Of a DNA stretch of 64,000 nucleotides, positions 18,758 to 29,133 are shown piece by piece. Position 1 is the stretch's first letter, and every line of letters begins with the position of its first letter. The translations under genes and the position numbers were made by a program. The notes beneath the pieces are model-generated. The model saw only the letters and a list, made by a program, of their open reading frames with translations, had not been told where the DNA came from and did not search any database. Origin of the DNA: Nitrosopumilus sp. (lineage in GTDB: Archaea > Thermoproteota > Nitrososphaeria > Nitrososphaerales > Nitrosopumilaceae); assembly GCA_965205215.1 (NCBI GenBank), contig OZ242041.1:1664001-1728000 (forward strand), written 5' to 3'.

Positions 18758-19141
18758 ATGGACGACTTTGAGGACGACTATCCGGAATTCGACTGGAAGA
18801 ACATACCGGCATACAAGCACCCGGGCGGCAAGGACTGCCCGTGTCCAAAGCACGAGTACATACGCGAGCAGGTCAACTACACAAAGCAGATCAACGAGGC
18901 AAACAAGGGCGGCGGCGAGCCGGCCCGAATGAAGCTCAGGTTCTGCCCCGACCACTACCGCGTGTACTATGACGAGGTCATACCAGGCATGCCACTAAAG
19001 TACAAGATGCTGACAAAGATTGCGCTCAAGATCGGGGCGATCAAGATAGAGAAGCTAAAGTACATGGAGTCGGAGCTCTGCTTTTACTGCAAGTTCGGCT
19101 CCGGCGGGTACGACAAAAAGACCGAGCTTCCGCCGCTCTGA
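18758..19141 (+). CDS. hypothetical Cys-containing protein
   Basis: 127 aa with CPCPKH, CPDH and CFYC; TTTTATA box upstream. Confidence 0.7.
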   Translation: MDDFEDDYPEFDWKNIPAYKHPGGKDCPCPKHEYIREQVNYTKQINEANKGGGEPARMKLRFCPDHYRVYYDEVIPGMPLKYKMLTKIALKIGAIKIEKLKYMESELCFYCKFGSGGYDKKTELPPL

Positions 19142-19160
19142 GGATGCGAGTGCGCGCGGC

Positions 19161-19400
19161 TCATCCCGGACTGAGCAGTATTTTTGGCCTGTTCGGCGTG
19201 TCGTGGTGGCACGGCTTGCCACACAGGGGGCATTTCTTTCGGTCGAGAAAAACGCACTGGCATATGTGCGACTTGATGTAGGACGCGGCAGTCCTGCTGG
19301 GCTCGCCGGTTCCGTTGCAGAACGGGCACTGCTGGTCGAGCAGCTCTATCGTGCCGGAGCCCTTGCACACGGCGCATCCGTCACTGTCGCTTTCCGGCAT
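19161..19400 (-). CDS. small Cys-rich protein with DnaJ-type CxxCxGxG zinc finger
   Basis: CAVCKGSG...CPFCNGTG, then HICQC...CPLC..CHH. Confidence 0.75.
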   Translation of the reverse strand: MPESDSDGCAVCKGSGTIELLDQQCPFCNGTGEPSRTAASYIKSHICQCVFLDRKKCPLCGKPCHHDTPNRPKILLSPG

Positions 19401-19590
19401 TCAATCCCACCCGGCGGGACGGTTAAAAATAGCTAAGCCGCCCGCATCTTCTACGAGGCCCAGAACTCCGCGGCCAGGTGGAAGGCCTACACGCGGCGGC
19501 AGCGGTGCCCCACCCCCGGCCGCAAACAGCCCGCAATGGCGATCAGGGAAAAAGCAACATATCCTTATACCGCGTCGCCGCAGGCGTTAC

Positions 19591-21063
19591 ATGCCAATAG
19601 ACGGGCTCGGCGAGCTTGTAGACGTACTGGAGGAGGAGGGCGAGCTGAGGCGGGTCTCAGCAGAGGTCGATGCCGACCTGGAGGTGGCCGAGATACTGCG
19701 GCGGATCTCATACGGCCCCGAAGGCGGGGACAGGGACGGAGGCCCCGCCATACTCTTTGAGAATGTCAAGGGGCACGAGATGCCGATACTGGGCAACGCG
19801 TTTGGTTCCGCAAGGAGGATGGAGATTGCCCTGGGTACTGCAGACTATACCGAGATCGGCAGGCGCATTGCAGACATGTCCAAGATCAGAATTCCATCAG
19901 GACTGCTCGGCAAGATAAAGAGCCTGCCGGAGCTCTCAAAGATGGCGGGCGCGTTTCCAAAGGAGCCTGTAGAGTCGGGGCCCGTGTCAGAGACCGCGCC
20001 CAAGGGCGCCGGGTTCGACTCCATGCCGATACTGCGCTCGTGGCCGCACGACGCCGGCAGGTTCATTACGTTTGGCATGGTGGCGACACGCCATCCGGAG
20101 ACCGGCGTGCGAAACCTCGGCGTATACCGTATGCAGATAATCGACGGCTCGCGCTGCATCATACACTGGCAAAAGCACAAGCGGGGGGCCGCGCACGGCG
20201 ACATCTCAAGAGAGGCGGGCCAGAAGATACCGGCCGCAATCATAATCGGAGGCGAGCCGGCCACCATATTCTCGGCAGTCGCCCCGGTGCCGGAGGGAAT
20301 GGACAAGTACCTGTTTGCAGGAATAGCGCGCGGAGGCGAGGGGATAAGGACCGTGAAGTGCCGCACGATAGACCTCGACGTGCCGGCAAACGCGGAGATC
20401 GTAATAGAGGGGCACGTGGATCCGTCGGAGCTGGAAGACGAGGGCCCCTTCGGGGATCACACCGGATACTATACCCCTGTCGAGAAGTACCCCGTGTTTA
20501 CCATGACAGGCATGATGGTGCGCAAGAACCCGATATACCTTGCCACCGTGGTGGGCAGGCCCGTGCTGGAGGACGCCTACATCGGAAAGGCCATAGAGAG
20601 ATCATTCCTGCCACTCATACAGATGTTCCACCCCGAGGTGGTCGACTTTGCCATGCCGCCGGCCGGGTGGTTCCAAGGGCTTGCCATCGCATCCATCGCA
20701 AAGCGGTACCCCGGGCAGGCAAAAAAGGTGATGATGGGCCTGTGGAGCATGGGGCAGCTTGCCCTCACGAAGATGATCATAGTGGTCGACGCCGACATCG
20801 ACGTGCACGACATGGAACAGGTGATATGGGCGGTCACCACGAGGGCGGACGCGGCCCACGACACCACCATAATCAGGGACGCCCCCACCGACACGCTAGA
20901 CCCGGCCGCGAGGATAGTGAACCTGGGCTCAAAGCTGGGGATAGACGCGACCCAGAAGACCGCCGCGGAAGGGTACCTGAGGGAGGTGCAGAGGCCAGTG
21001 GAGACGGACGACGCCACCAAAAGGACCGTCGAGAAAAGGTGGAAAGAGTACGGGCTGCCGTGA
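19591..21063 (+). CDS. UbiD-family decarboxylase (menaquinone biosynthesis)
   Basis: RNLGVYRMQ, EGPFGDHTGYY, DTLDP, KLGIDAT. Confidence 0.93.
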   Translation: MPIDGLGELVDVLEEEGELRRVSAEVDADLEVAEILRRISYGPEGGDRDGGPAILFENVKGHEMPILGNAFGSARRMEIALGTADYTEIGRRIADMSKIRIPSGLLGKIKSLPELSKMAGAFPKEPVESGPVSETAPKGAGFDSMPILRSWPHDAGRFITFGMVATRHPETGVRNLGVYRMQIIDGSRCIIHWQKHKRGAAHGDISREAGQKIPAAIIIGGEPATIFSAVAPVPEGMDKYLFAGIARGGEGIRTVKCRTIDLDVPANAEIVIEGHVDPSELEDEGPFGDHTGYYTPVEKYPVFTMTGMMVRKNPIYLATVVGRPVLEDAYIGKAIERSFLPLIQMFHPEVVDFAMPPAGWFQGLAIASIAKRYPGQAKKVMMGLWSMGQLALTKMIIVVDADIDVHDMEQVIWAVTTRADAAHDTTIIRDAPTDTLDPAARIVNLGSKLGIDATQKTAAEGYLREVQRPVETDDATKRTVEKRWKEYGLP

Positions 21064-21084
21064 CGCCGCATGCGCCGCGACGCG

Positions 21085-22212
21085 TCACACTGTCCTGTAA
21101 AAGTTGTCGCGCTCTGACGCCTCGTACCCCATCTGGGATATCGCGTTCCGGATTATGTCGCCGGTCAGCTCCGTCGACCGGGCGCCCGTGCAGGACACCA
21201 CCTCCTCGCCTATCAGCGTGCCGCCAAAGTCGTCGGCCCCGTACTGCAGCGCAAGCTGCGCCATGCCGACCCCGTTTGTAAGCCAGGACGACTGTATGTG
21301 GGGTATGGACGCGTCGTATACGAGCCTGGATATCGCAATCATCTTGAGCAGCTGGATGCCGCCTGAGCCGAACTCGGACGTCACAATCTTGTCGACCAGC
21401 CCGTCCCTCTGCATCGGGGTGTTGCCGGGCTCAAAGTTCCACGGTATGAACGCCATAAACCCGCCCGTCTCCTCCTGCAGCTTGGCAATCTCGAAGAAGT
21501 GGTCCGCGATGTCAGACGTGGTCTCCGCATGCCCGTACATCATAGTGGCCGACGACGGCAGTCCAAGCGAGTGCGCCTCCCTCATTATGCGCAGCCAGTC
21601 GGAGCTTGAGATCTTTTTGGGGCTTATGGCGTCCTTGACGTCGTCACTCAGTATCTCGGCGCCGGCCCCTGGCACGGACTGCAGTCCGGCCTCCTTGAGG
21701 CGCGAGAGCACCTCCGCGGTAGACGACCGCTCCACCCGGGCAACCATGTCTATCTCCGACGGGGAGAGCGCGTGCACGCCCACGCCCGGGTAACTGTCGC
21801 GAATCATGCGGAACGCCTCCTCAAAGTACTCGATGCCCAGCTTGGGGTTGTGCCCTCCTTGGAAGAGGACCTGGCGTATGCCGAACATCTCGTGCGCGGT
21901 CTTCACCCTGGCCCTGATCTGCGAGATGTCAAGTGTATAGGACTCGTCGTGCCCGGGCGGCCTGTAAAAGGCGCAAAACGTGCAGTCCGTTATACAGACG
22001 TTGGTGTAATTGAGTATGATGTTGTTCACGTACGTGGCCCTGCGCCCAAAGCGCCTCTGCACGAGGTGCCGGGCCGCCATTCCCATCAGGTGGACGTCGT
22101 CGGACTTCAAGAGCCGCATGCAGTCATGCCTGTCAGGGGCGTGCCCCGCAACTACCCTCTCAAGTATGTCCCCAATCTCGCTCTGGTGCAGCTGCGCAGT
22201 GACCAATCCCAT
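21085..22212 (-). CDS. mqnC: radical SAM dehypoxanthine futalosine cyclase (CofH/MqnC family)
   Basis: NYTNVCITDCTFCAF, QGGHNP, PGAGAEIL, ATMMYGH, GADDFG. Confidence 0.8.
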   Translation of the reverse strand: MGLVTAQLHQSEIGDILERVVAGHAPDRHDCMRLLKSDDVHLMGMAARHLVQRRFGRRATYVNNIILNYTNVCITDCTFCAFYRPPGHDESYTLDISQIRARVKTAHEMFGIRQVLFQGGHNPKLGIEYFEEAFRMIRDSYPGVGVHALSPSEIDMVARVERSSTAEVLSRLKEAGLQSVPGAGAEILSDDVKDAISPKKISSSDWLRIMREAHSLGLPSSATMMYGHAETTSDIADHFFEIAKLQEETGGFMAFIPWNFEPGNTPMQRDGLVDKIVTSEFGSGGIQLLKMIAISRLVYDASIPHIQSSWLTNGVGMAQLALQYGADDFGGTLIGEEVVSCTGARSTELTGDIIRNAISQMGYEASERDNFYRTV

Positions 22213-22532
22213 GCACCGGATGTACGGAATTTTCTATTTAATTCTTGACGATGGCGCGCTCCAGCATACCAAGTGGCCACGTGCGCGGCAAGCCGCGAGA
22301 GACGCCCCTTGTCCCCTCTCGTACCGCCGGCTTTGATGCGGGCAGATCCGAGGACTTGCGTCTCGGGGGATTCCCCGAGATGCCTGCCGCATGCGGCGCA
22401 TACGTTACGCGATGCCAAGAACAGAAGGCGCCTGGTCGTAAAGTGGGATCTGGAGGGAGGAGGGCGGGGGCGGAAGGGGGAGGGCGGGGGGAACCTATAT
22501 TGTTTTTAAGTGGGAAGCCCGGAGCCGGTGTG

Positions 22533-23321
22533 ATGGTGACAGGCGTCCAGCTCCGAATGGCCAGGATAATGCGCCGCGGCCGCATGCTCTGCATACCCAT
22601 GGATCATGGGATATCAAACGGGCCGATAGAGGGGCTTGAGGATCCCGCCTCAGTCATATACAGGTGCCAGAACAGGGGTATAACCAGCGTCATAGTCAAC
22701 AAGGGAGTCATAAAGGCGCTTCCAGAGCCCGTGCCACGCATAGGGGTGCTGGTGCACTTTTCAAGCAGCACGTCGCTCTCCACGTCCCCGAATCGCAAGA
22801 TGCTGACTGGGACGGTCAAGGAGGCAGTCGCGCTGGGCGCAGACGGCGTGTCGCTGCACATCAACGTGGGCGGCAAGGAGGAGCCGGAGATGCTAGAGCA
22901 GCTCGGGATGACTGCGGCCGCATGCCACAGGTGGAACATGCCGCTGCTTGCAATGATGTATCCGAGGGGCGAGAACATCAGCGATCCGCACGACCCGGCC
23001 GTGGTGGCCCACGCGGCCCGCATCGGGGCCGAGTGCGGGGCGGACATCGTAAAGACCGTATACACGGGGGATGCCGCGTCCTTTGCAAAGATAGTAAAGA
23101 GCACGCCGGTGCCCATAGTGATAGCCGGAGGTCCAAAGGCGGAGACGGACATGGATCTGCTCCAGATGACGGAGGATGCCATGAGGGCGGGCGCCGCCGG
23201 GGTCACGTACGGCAGGAACATATTTGCGCACGGCGCGCCCGAGAGAATGGTCGACGCGCTTGCCGCGGTCATATTCAAGGGGGCAAAGGCGACGGAGGCG
23301 GCAAAAAAGCTTGGCCAGTGA
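22533..23321 (+). CDS. aroA': 2-amino-3,7-dideoxy-D-threo-hept-6-ulosonate synthase (class I aldolase family)
   Basis: PMDHG, AMMYPRG, GADIVKT, IAGGPK, GRNIF; adjacent to DHQ synthase II. Confidence 0.88.
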   Translation: MVTGVQLRMARIMRRGRMLCIPMDHGISNGPIEGLEDPASVIYRCQNRGITSVIVNKGVIKALPEPVPRIGVLVHFSSSTSLSTSPNRKMLTGTVKEAVALGADGVSLHINVGGKEEPEMLEQLGMTAAACHRWNMPLLAMMYPRGENISDPHDPAVVAHAARIGAECGADIVKTVYTGDAASFAKIVKSTPVPIVIAGGPKAETDMDLLQMTEDAMRAGAAGVTYGRNIFAHGAPERMVDALAAVIFKGAKATEAAKKLGQ

Positions 23322-24435
23322 CGGTTCGGCGACGGCGTCCGGAAAGGAGCTGATAGTACAGCCCAAGCAGAAGAGCAGAAAACAGCGGGGGGAGTTCCTA
23401 GCACAGCTGCAGGCAGAGGGCCTGCAGACGGCATATGCCGACCCGAGCATTGCCGCAGGCGGGGGAGGAAAAAAGAAGAGCGGCCTCAAGACGATGTTTG
23501 CGGACGCGGGCGCCGACTACGTGGTGCTTGCCGGAGGCCGCGGCCCGAAAAGGCCGGCCTCGCCGCCAAGGAGAAGGGGCGGCAAGAGGTACGGCATGCG
23601 CTTTAAGATTACGTCGAACGCGGACATCGAGGACGTGCTGAGTGTCGCGGCAAGCAAGAGGCTCGACTTTGTCATAGTGGACGTAAAGGACTGGAAGATC
23701 ATACCGCTTGAGAACATCATAGCAAAGCTGCACAAGATGAGCACGAGGATAATCGCGCTTGCCCGCACGCCGGCCGAGGTTCGCAAGATGTTCTCCATAC
23801 TTGACGTAGGGGTGGACGGAGTGATATTCGCCGCGTCGTCCATATCCCAGGTGCGGGAGGTCATGCTTTACATGGGCGGCAGAAGCTTCGGGATGGAGGC
23901 GGCCGCCATAACCGAGATAAAGGAGGTGGGCGACGGCGAGCGCGTCTGCGTGGATACGGCCTCGATGCTCAAGAAGGGCGAGGGCATGCTTATCGGGAGC
24001 CGGTCAAACTTTATGTTCCTAGTCCACAACGAGTCGGTCGGCTCGTCGTTTACGTCGCCGAGGCCGTTCCGCGTGAACGCCGGGGCGGTCCACTGCTATA
24101 CCCCGTCGCCGGACGGCACCACAAAGTACCTCTCGGAGATAGAGACGGGTTCAGAGGTGCTCATACTCACGCCGGAGGGCCACGCGAGGAGGGCAGCGGT
24201 GGGAAGGTCAAAGATAGAGCGCAGGCCCATGCTCATGATAAAGGCCGAGGCGGCCGGCGAGATCGGCGGCATCATAGCGCAGGACGCGGAGACGATCAGG
24301 TTTGTAAAGCCGGGCGGGAGGCTGGTCTCCGTCACGCACCTCAAGGTGGGCGACAAGGTGATGGTGCACGCCCGCAGGGCTGCGGGCAGGCACTTTGGCA
24401 TGGAGGTCGCCGACGAGTACATTTTAGAAAAGTGA
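23311..24435 (+). CDS. aroB': 3-dehydroquinate synthase II
   Basis: WKIIPLENIIA, GERVCVDT, RPFRVNAGAVH, GRSKIERRP, GRHFG; start approximate. Confidence 0.92.
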   Translation: MASDGSATASGKELIVQPKQKSRKQRGEFLAQLQAEGLQTAYADPSIAAGGGGKKKSGLKTMFADAGADYVVLAGGRGPKRPASPPRRRGGKRYGMRFKITSNADIEDVLSVAASKRLDFVIVDVKDWKIIPLENIIAKLHKMSTRIIALARTPAEVRKMFSILDVGVDGVIFAASSISQVREVMLYMGGRSFGMEAAAITEIKEVGDGERVCVDTASMLKKGEGMLIGSRSNFMFLVHNESVGSSFTSPRPFRVNAGAVHCYTPSPDGTTKYLSEIETGSEVLILTPEGHARRAAVGRSKIERRPMLMIKAEAAGEIGGIIAQDAETIRFVKPGGRLVSVTHLKVGDKVMVHARRAAGRHFGMEVADEYILEK

Positions 24436-25148
24436 TGGCTTCAAAAAAGAACAGGTACAGCACGTGCGTCTCAGTGGCAAAGGGCGGCCCCGCGGCGATG
24501 CGCAGGGCGCTCTTGGAGGCGCTCAGGAGATCAGAGTACGCGGAGGCGCGGCTCGACTATATGAGGCCCGACGACATGCAGGGACTGCTCGACTCGCTGC
24601 CGCCGGACCTTTTGAGGAGGCGCATAGTCTGCACCATACGAAACAGGCGGGACGGCGGCAGGTACGAGGGGCGAGAGGGGGCCAGGTACGACATGCTCGG
24701 CAGGGTAGCCGCGTACAGGCCGTTTATGCTAGACGTCGAGTACGACGCGCTCAAGAGGAGCAGGAGGCTGGCAGGCGCGCTGCATGCGAGCGGCGCCCGC
24801 CTGTTGGTCTCGTGGCACAGCTTTGCGCGCACCCCGTCGCCTGACGCGCTGCACAGAAGAATGCAGGGGATGTTTAGATACTCGGACCACGTCAAACTCG
24901 CATGCATGGCAAGGAATGCAGATGAGTCAATACGCATGCTCGAGCTGTACAGGCAGATTGGCAGCGGTGGCTCGGGCGGAGGCAGTAGAACCCTCATATC
25001 GTTTGCAATGGGCGACGCGGGCAGGCTGACACGCGTGCTCTGCATGCAGCTGGGAAGCCCTTACGCGTACGTGTCGCTCGGCAGGGCCGTGGCCCCGGGG
25101 CAGCTCTCGCTTGAGGAGTTCAGGCGGCTGGGCAGCATGCTCAAGTGA
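24432..25148 (+). CDS. aroD: type I 3-dehydroquinate dehydratase
   Basis: EARLDY, TIR..DGG, VSWHSF..TP, FAMG..G..TR, APGQL. Confidence 0.9.
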   Translation: MMASKKNRYSTCVSVAKGGPAAMRRALLEALRRSEYAEARLDYMRPDDMQGLLDSLPPDLLRRRIVCTIRNRRDGGRYEGREGARYDMLGRVAAYRPFMLDVEYDALKRSRRLAGALHASGARLLVSWHSFARTPSPDALHRRMQGMFRYSDHVKLACMARNADESIRMLELYRQIGSGGSGGGSRTLISFAMGDAGRLTRVLCMQLGSPYAYVSLGRAVAPGQLSLEEFRRLGSMLK

Positions 25149-25255
25149 CGTGCCACTGGGAGCGGATGGCTCGATCACGCCGCGGCGCAGGGTGCCGGAC
25201 GCGGCGGCTCCACGCGCACAAAAAATCTATTAGTTCCAAGGACGGATACACATCA

Positions 25256-25657
25256 TTGGAGTCGGAACCCCGCACGGTCATCATATACGACAACCTGTGC
25301 TCCCTCTGCACCGCGTTTGCACGGTGCGCATGCGCGCTGTCAAGGGGCAGGCTCAGGCCCGTCGGACACTACTCGCAGGAGGGCGAGGGGGCGTACAGGG
25401 ACGCGCTGGGCGTCGACGCGCTCAAGATGTTCTGGATTGTAAGCGGGGACATGGCCTTTGGCGGGAGGGCGGCCCTGCGTCCGCTGCTCTCCGAGATTGC
25501 AAGGGGGGTGTACCGCGCGCCGCGCGACAGGGACGCAGTCGCGCCACCGGACTCAGGCTGCGGCAGGTCAGACTGCAGCGGCCCAAAAAAGGCCATTGCG
25601 AGGTCGGCAAGCCTGATCCTCAACAGCAAAAGGATCTGCATTCGGAACCCAGAATGA
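25256..25657 (+). CDS. DCC1-like thiol-disulfide oxidoreductase family protein
   Basis: IIYDNLCSLC (DxxCxxC) at the N-terminus; TTG start estimated. Confidence 0.65.
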   Translation: MESEPRTVIIYDNLCSLCTAFARCACALSRGRLRPVGHYSQEGEGAYRDALGVDALKMFWIVSGDMAFGGRAALRPLLSEIARGVYRAPRDRDAVAPPDSGCGRSDCSGPKKAIARSASLILNSKRICIRNPE

Positions 25658-25812
25658 CTGGCAGCCGCAGAACCTGGATCCGCTCCAAAGGTTTCTGGAA
25701 ATGAGCCGCGGGTGCGGCATCAGTGCCGCATACCGGCAGAGCGCCGCGCAGCGTGGGCGCCGCGACACGCGCAGGCGTCCCAGTTGGGTGACTGCACCGC
25801 CGTACGGCACAG

Positions 25813-25826
25813 AAAAAATAAAAAAA
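25813..25826 (-). terminator. oligo-T terminator of the 44-aa Cys-rich gene
   Basis: A-rich run on + (T-run on -) immediately after the stop. Confidence 0.65.
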
Positions 25827-25832
25827 TCAGTT

Positions 25833-25967
25833 CTAGTGCTCTGTGCTCTTGCAGGGATCACCACTGCAATCACATGTTGAATCACAGTAGCATTCGCTCT
25901 GCATCGAGCAGTCACATTCTGTGTTGTTTTCCGCTTGCGCGGCACAACCGCATGCTGCATCCGACAT
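25833..25967 (-). CDS. metallothionein-like peptide (44 aa, 9 Cys); not in the ORF track
   Basis: MSDAACGCAAQAENNTECDCSMQSECYCDSTCDCSGDPCKSTEH*; four CxC motifs; aligns with 11779-11907. Confidence 0.82.
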   Translation of the reverse strand: MSDAACGCAAQAENNTECDCSMQSECYCDSTCDCSGDPCKSTEH

Positions 25968-25989
25968 GACGTGCAGATATCTTAATACA

Positions 25990-26001
25990 TTTTAAAAGTT
26001 T
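25990..26001 (-). promoter_or_regulatory. BRE/TATA core AAACTTTTAAAA of the 44-aa Cys-rich gene
   Basis: Same 12-mer and same 22-nt gap to ATG as at 11745-11756. Confidence 0.7.
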
Positions 26002-26111
26002 AGTTTATTAACTTGGACTCAAAAATTAATAATTATCTCGACCGCGGGGAATAAAACAAGCTAACACAACCAGACGGATGCAGCCGGGCTTTCAGCCCAT
26101 GCAAGGCAGGA

Positions 26112-27308
<1,197 letters not shown>

Positions 27309-27417
27309 CACATGCCCCCATGCGTGTATAAAGAGATCAGCAGATACGCATCCACATCCGTGCGCGTCGCAACCGAAAGCATTTCCTTTAAATTGAGACA
27401 TTCCAGTTTTCAATCTA

Positions 27418-27495
27418 GCTCCCATAGTGTAGTCCGGTTAAGCATACTGCCCTCTCAAGGCAGTGACTCGGGTTCAAATCCCGATGGGAGCACCA
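27418..27495 (+). tRNA. tRNA-Glu(CTC), followed by genomic CCA
   Basis: GCTCCCA..CTGCC-CT-CTC-AA-GGCAG..TCGGG-TTCAAAT-CCCGA-TGGGAGC-A-CCA. Confidence 0.95.
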
Positions 27496-27626
27496 ATCGT
27501 ACCAGAACGCGGGAACGGTTCCTGCCCGGCCATCATTCCAGACTACAGGTGCAGTGCGACTCCCCTATCGCCGCAAACTCCGCGGCACGCATTACGTTTT
27601 AAATAACAACATTTCTTCTGCATATC

Positions 27627-28283
27627 GTGGCTACATTTCTTGACATAGGACTGAAAGAAGAGTACCGCTCAGACGAAGACGACCTCGTCAAGGATTTTTT
27701 CATACCGTGCTTTAGCAAGTGCGTCGAATACGACAGATGCATAGAATACCTGTCAATCGACATGCTCAAGACGGTATTTGACGTATATGACAATTTCAGG
27801 CAAGGCGCCGCAAAGATGAGGCTGATGGCGGGGCACAGGTTCAGGCCGACTGACCTGGATCTTCTCACAGTGCTGCTCTCAAAGTCGAGAAACCCGTTTG
27901 AGAAGAGGAACATAAAAGACGAAAAGCTACGGCTCGTGCGCAGGGCCTTTGAAAGGGGCCAGATAGAGCTCAAGATCGGCATCTCAAACGACATAAAGAT
28001 CAGCGACAAGTTCTCTGAAAAGCTCGGCATATACAGGGACAGTCACGGCCACGTGATAGCTTACGTAAGCACGGCAAAGAGCTCCTTTGACATAAATAAG
28101 AAGGAGTTTGAGTCGATAGAGGTCTTTACATCGTGGGGCGATGCCACAAGGGTAAAGCGCAAGATGCAGATATTTGAGAGGCTTTGGCGCAACAGGGTCA
28201 AGCACATAGACGTGCACGGCTTTGAGTACGCGGCGAAAAATGGCTACCTGAAATACTGGAAAGAATGGCTCATGCATGAGTGA
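27627..28283 (+). CDS. stand-alone domain resembling the N-terminal (PLD-like) region of SF2 helicase/restriction proteins
   Basis: EYRSDEDDLVKDFFIPC...YDR...FSEKLGIYRD..G...FESIEVFTSW...FERLW; no Walker A or DEAH motif. Confidence 0.55.
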   Translation: MATFLDIGLKEEYRSDEDDLVKDFFIPCFSKCVEYDRCIEYLSIDMLKTVFDVYDNFRQGAAKMRLMAGHRFRPTDLDLLTVLLSKSRNPFEKRNIKDEKLRLVRRAFERGQIELKIGISNDIKISDKFSEKLGIYRDSHGHVIAYVSTAKSSFDINKKEFESIEVFTSWGDATRVKRKMQIFERLWRNRVKHIDVHGFEYAAKNGYLKYWKEWLMHE

Positions 28284-28303
28284 GTGAGTGAGTGAGTGAG
28301 TGA
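28278..28303. repeat. (GAGT)6 tetranucleotide microsatellite over the stop codon
   Basis: gagtgagtgagtgagtgagtgagtga. Confidence 0.9.
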
Positions 28304-28313
28304 CACAGGCGCG

Positions 28314-28961
28314 TCAGCGCAGCAAGTCTTGTAAAACGCGGCCTTTGTTCTCCCTAAACTCGACTGTGCCGATGCGATAATATATGATCTCGCCGTGCCT
28401 GTCCACGACTGCCATTATGGGCTCCTTTCCCATCTGGGTTATCTCGCGTATCTTTTTTTGCAAATGCACCATCTTTTCCGGCCTGCCCTCGACAAGTCCG
28501 AAAATGAGAATCTTGGAGCCCTTTTGTCCGAAATGCCCCCGCTCATACACGCGAAAATCTGCGCCGAATCCGAACCCGTCCTTTGCCACGTAGCCGCGGG
28601 AGCGCAGATCCCGGTATATGAGAAAGCGCGTCAGTATGTCCGGGTCATGCCTGCGGCACATGCTCAGAAACGCCTCGAATGTCAGGAGCCTCTTTGAGCG
28701 GAAGAGCGTCAGCCGGCCCGTGTGCATCAGATACAGGGCCTCAAAGGATTCGAGAAACAGTCGGGCGTCCACGTCGTCGCCACCGCCATCATCATCATCA
28801 CCGTCCTGCCCGTCAGTCCAGCCGAACCCCTTCTCAACCAGCTCGCGCGCTGCCTGCGCATCCGTAATGCACGGGCGCGGCATCGGCGACGCGGAGGACG
28901 GGGTTGGCGACATCACAACCGTTCCCCGAATATTTCCCCCCACATCGATCTCGTCGTTCAC
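28314..28961 (-). CDS. endA: tRNA-intron endonuclease subunit
   Basis: EALYL, YRDLRSRGYVAKDGFGFGADFRVYERG, AVVD..GEIIYY; start uncertain. Confidence 0.88.
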   Translation of the reverse strand: MNDEIDVGGNIRGTVVMSPTPSSASPMPRPCITDAQAARELVEKGFGWTDGQDGDDDDGGGDDVDARLFLESFEALYLMHTGRLTLFRSKRLLTFEAFLSMCRRHDPDILTRFLIYRDLRSRGYVAKDGFGFGADFRVYERGHFGQKGSKILIFGLVEGRPEKMVHLQKKIREITQMGKEPIMAVVDRHGEIIYYRIGTVEFRENKGRVLQDLLR

Positions 28962-29133
28962 TAGGACAGCATTTGAGCAGATTCCATATTAAGTGTGGCA
29001 GCACGTGCGGGTTTGCAGGGCCGTGCCGCGGGCGCGGACGGACCAATGCGGCAGGAAAGGACCGGCCGCAAGCGTCCGCACGCACGCAGCAAACAAGCTT
29101 AAAATATCTCGCGGGATGCCTCGGACACATAGC

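Noticed and set aside
19315-24435. Long N-terminal extensions and antisense ORFs in the ORF track
   Set aside because: Open-frame artefacts of high GC; conserved domains and TATA boxes indicate downstream starts
25568-25969. ORF-track ORFs 25568-25960 (-) and 25712-25969 (+)
   Set aside because: Alternative frames of the 44-aa Cys-rich gene, which has the promoter, terminator and a homologue
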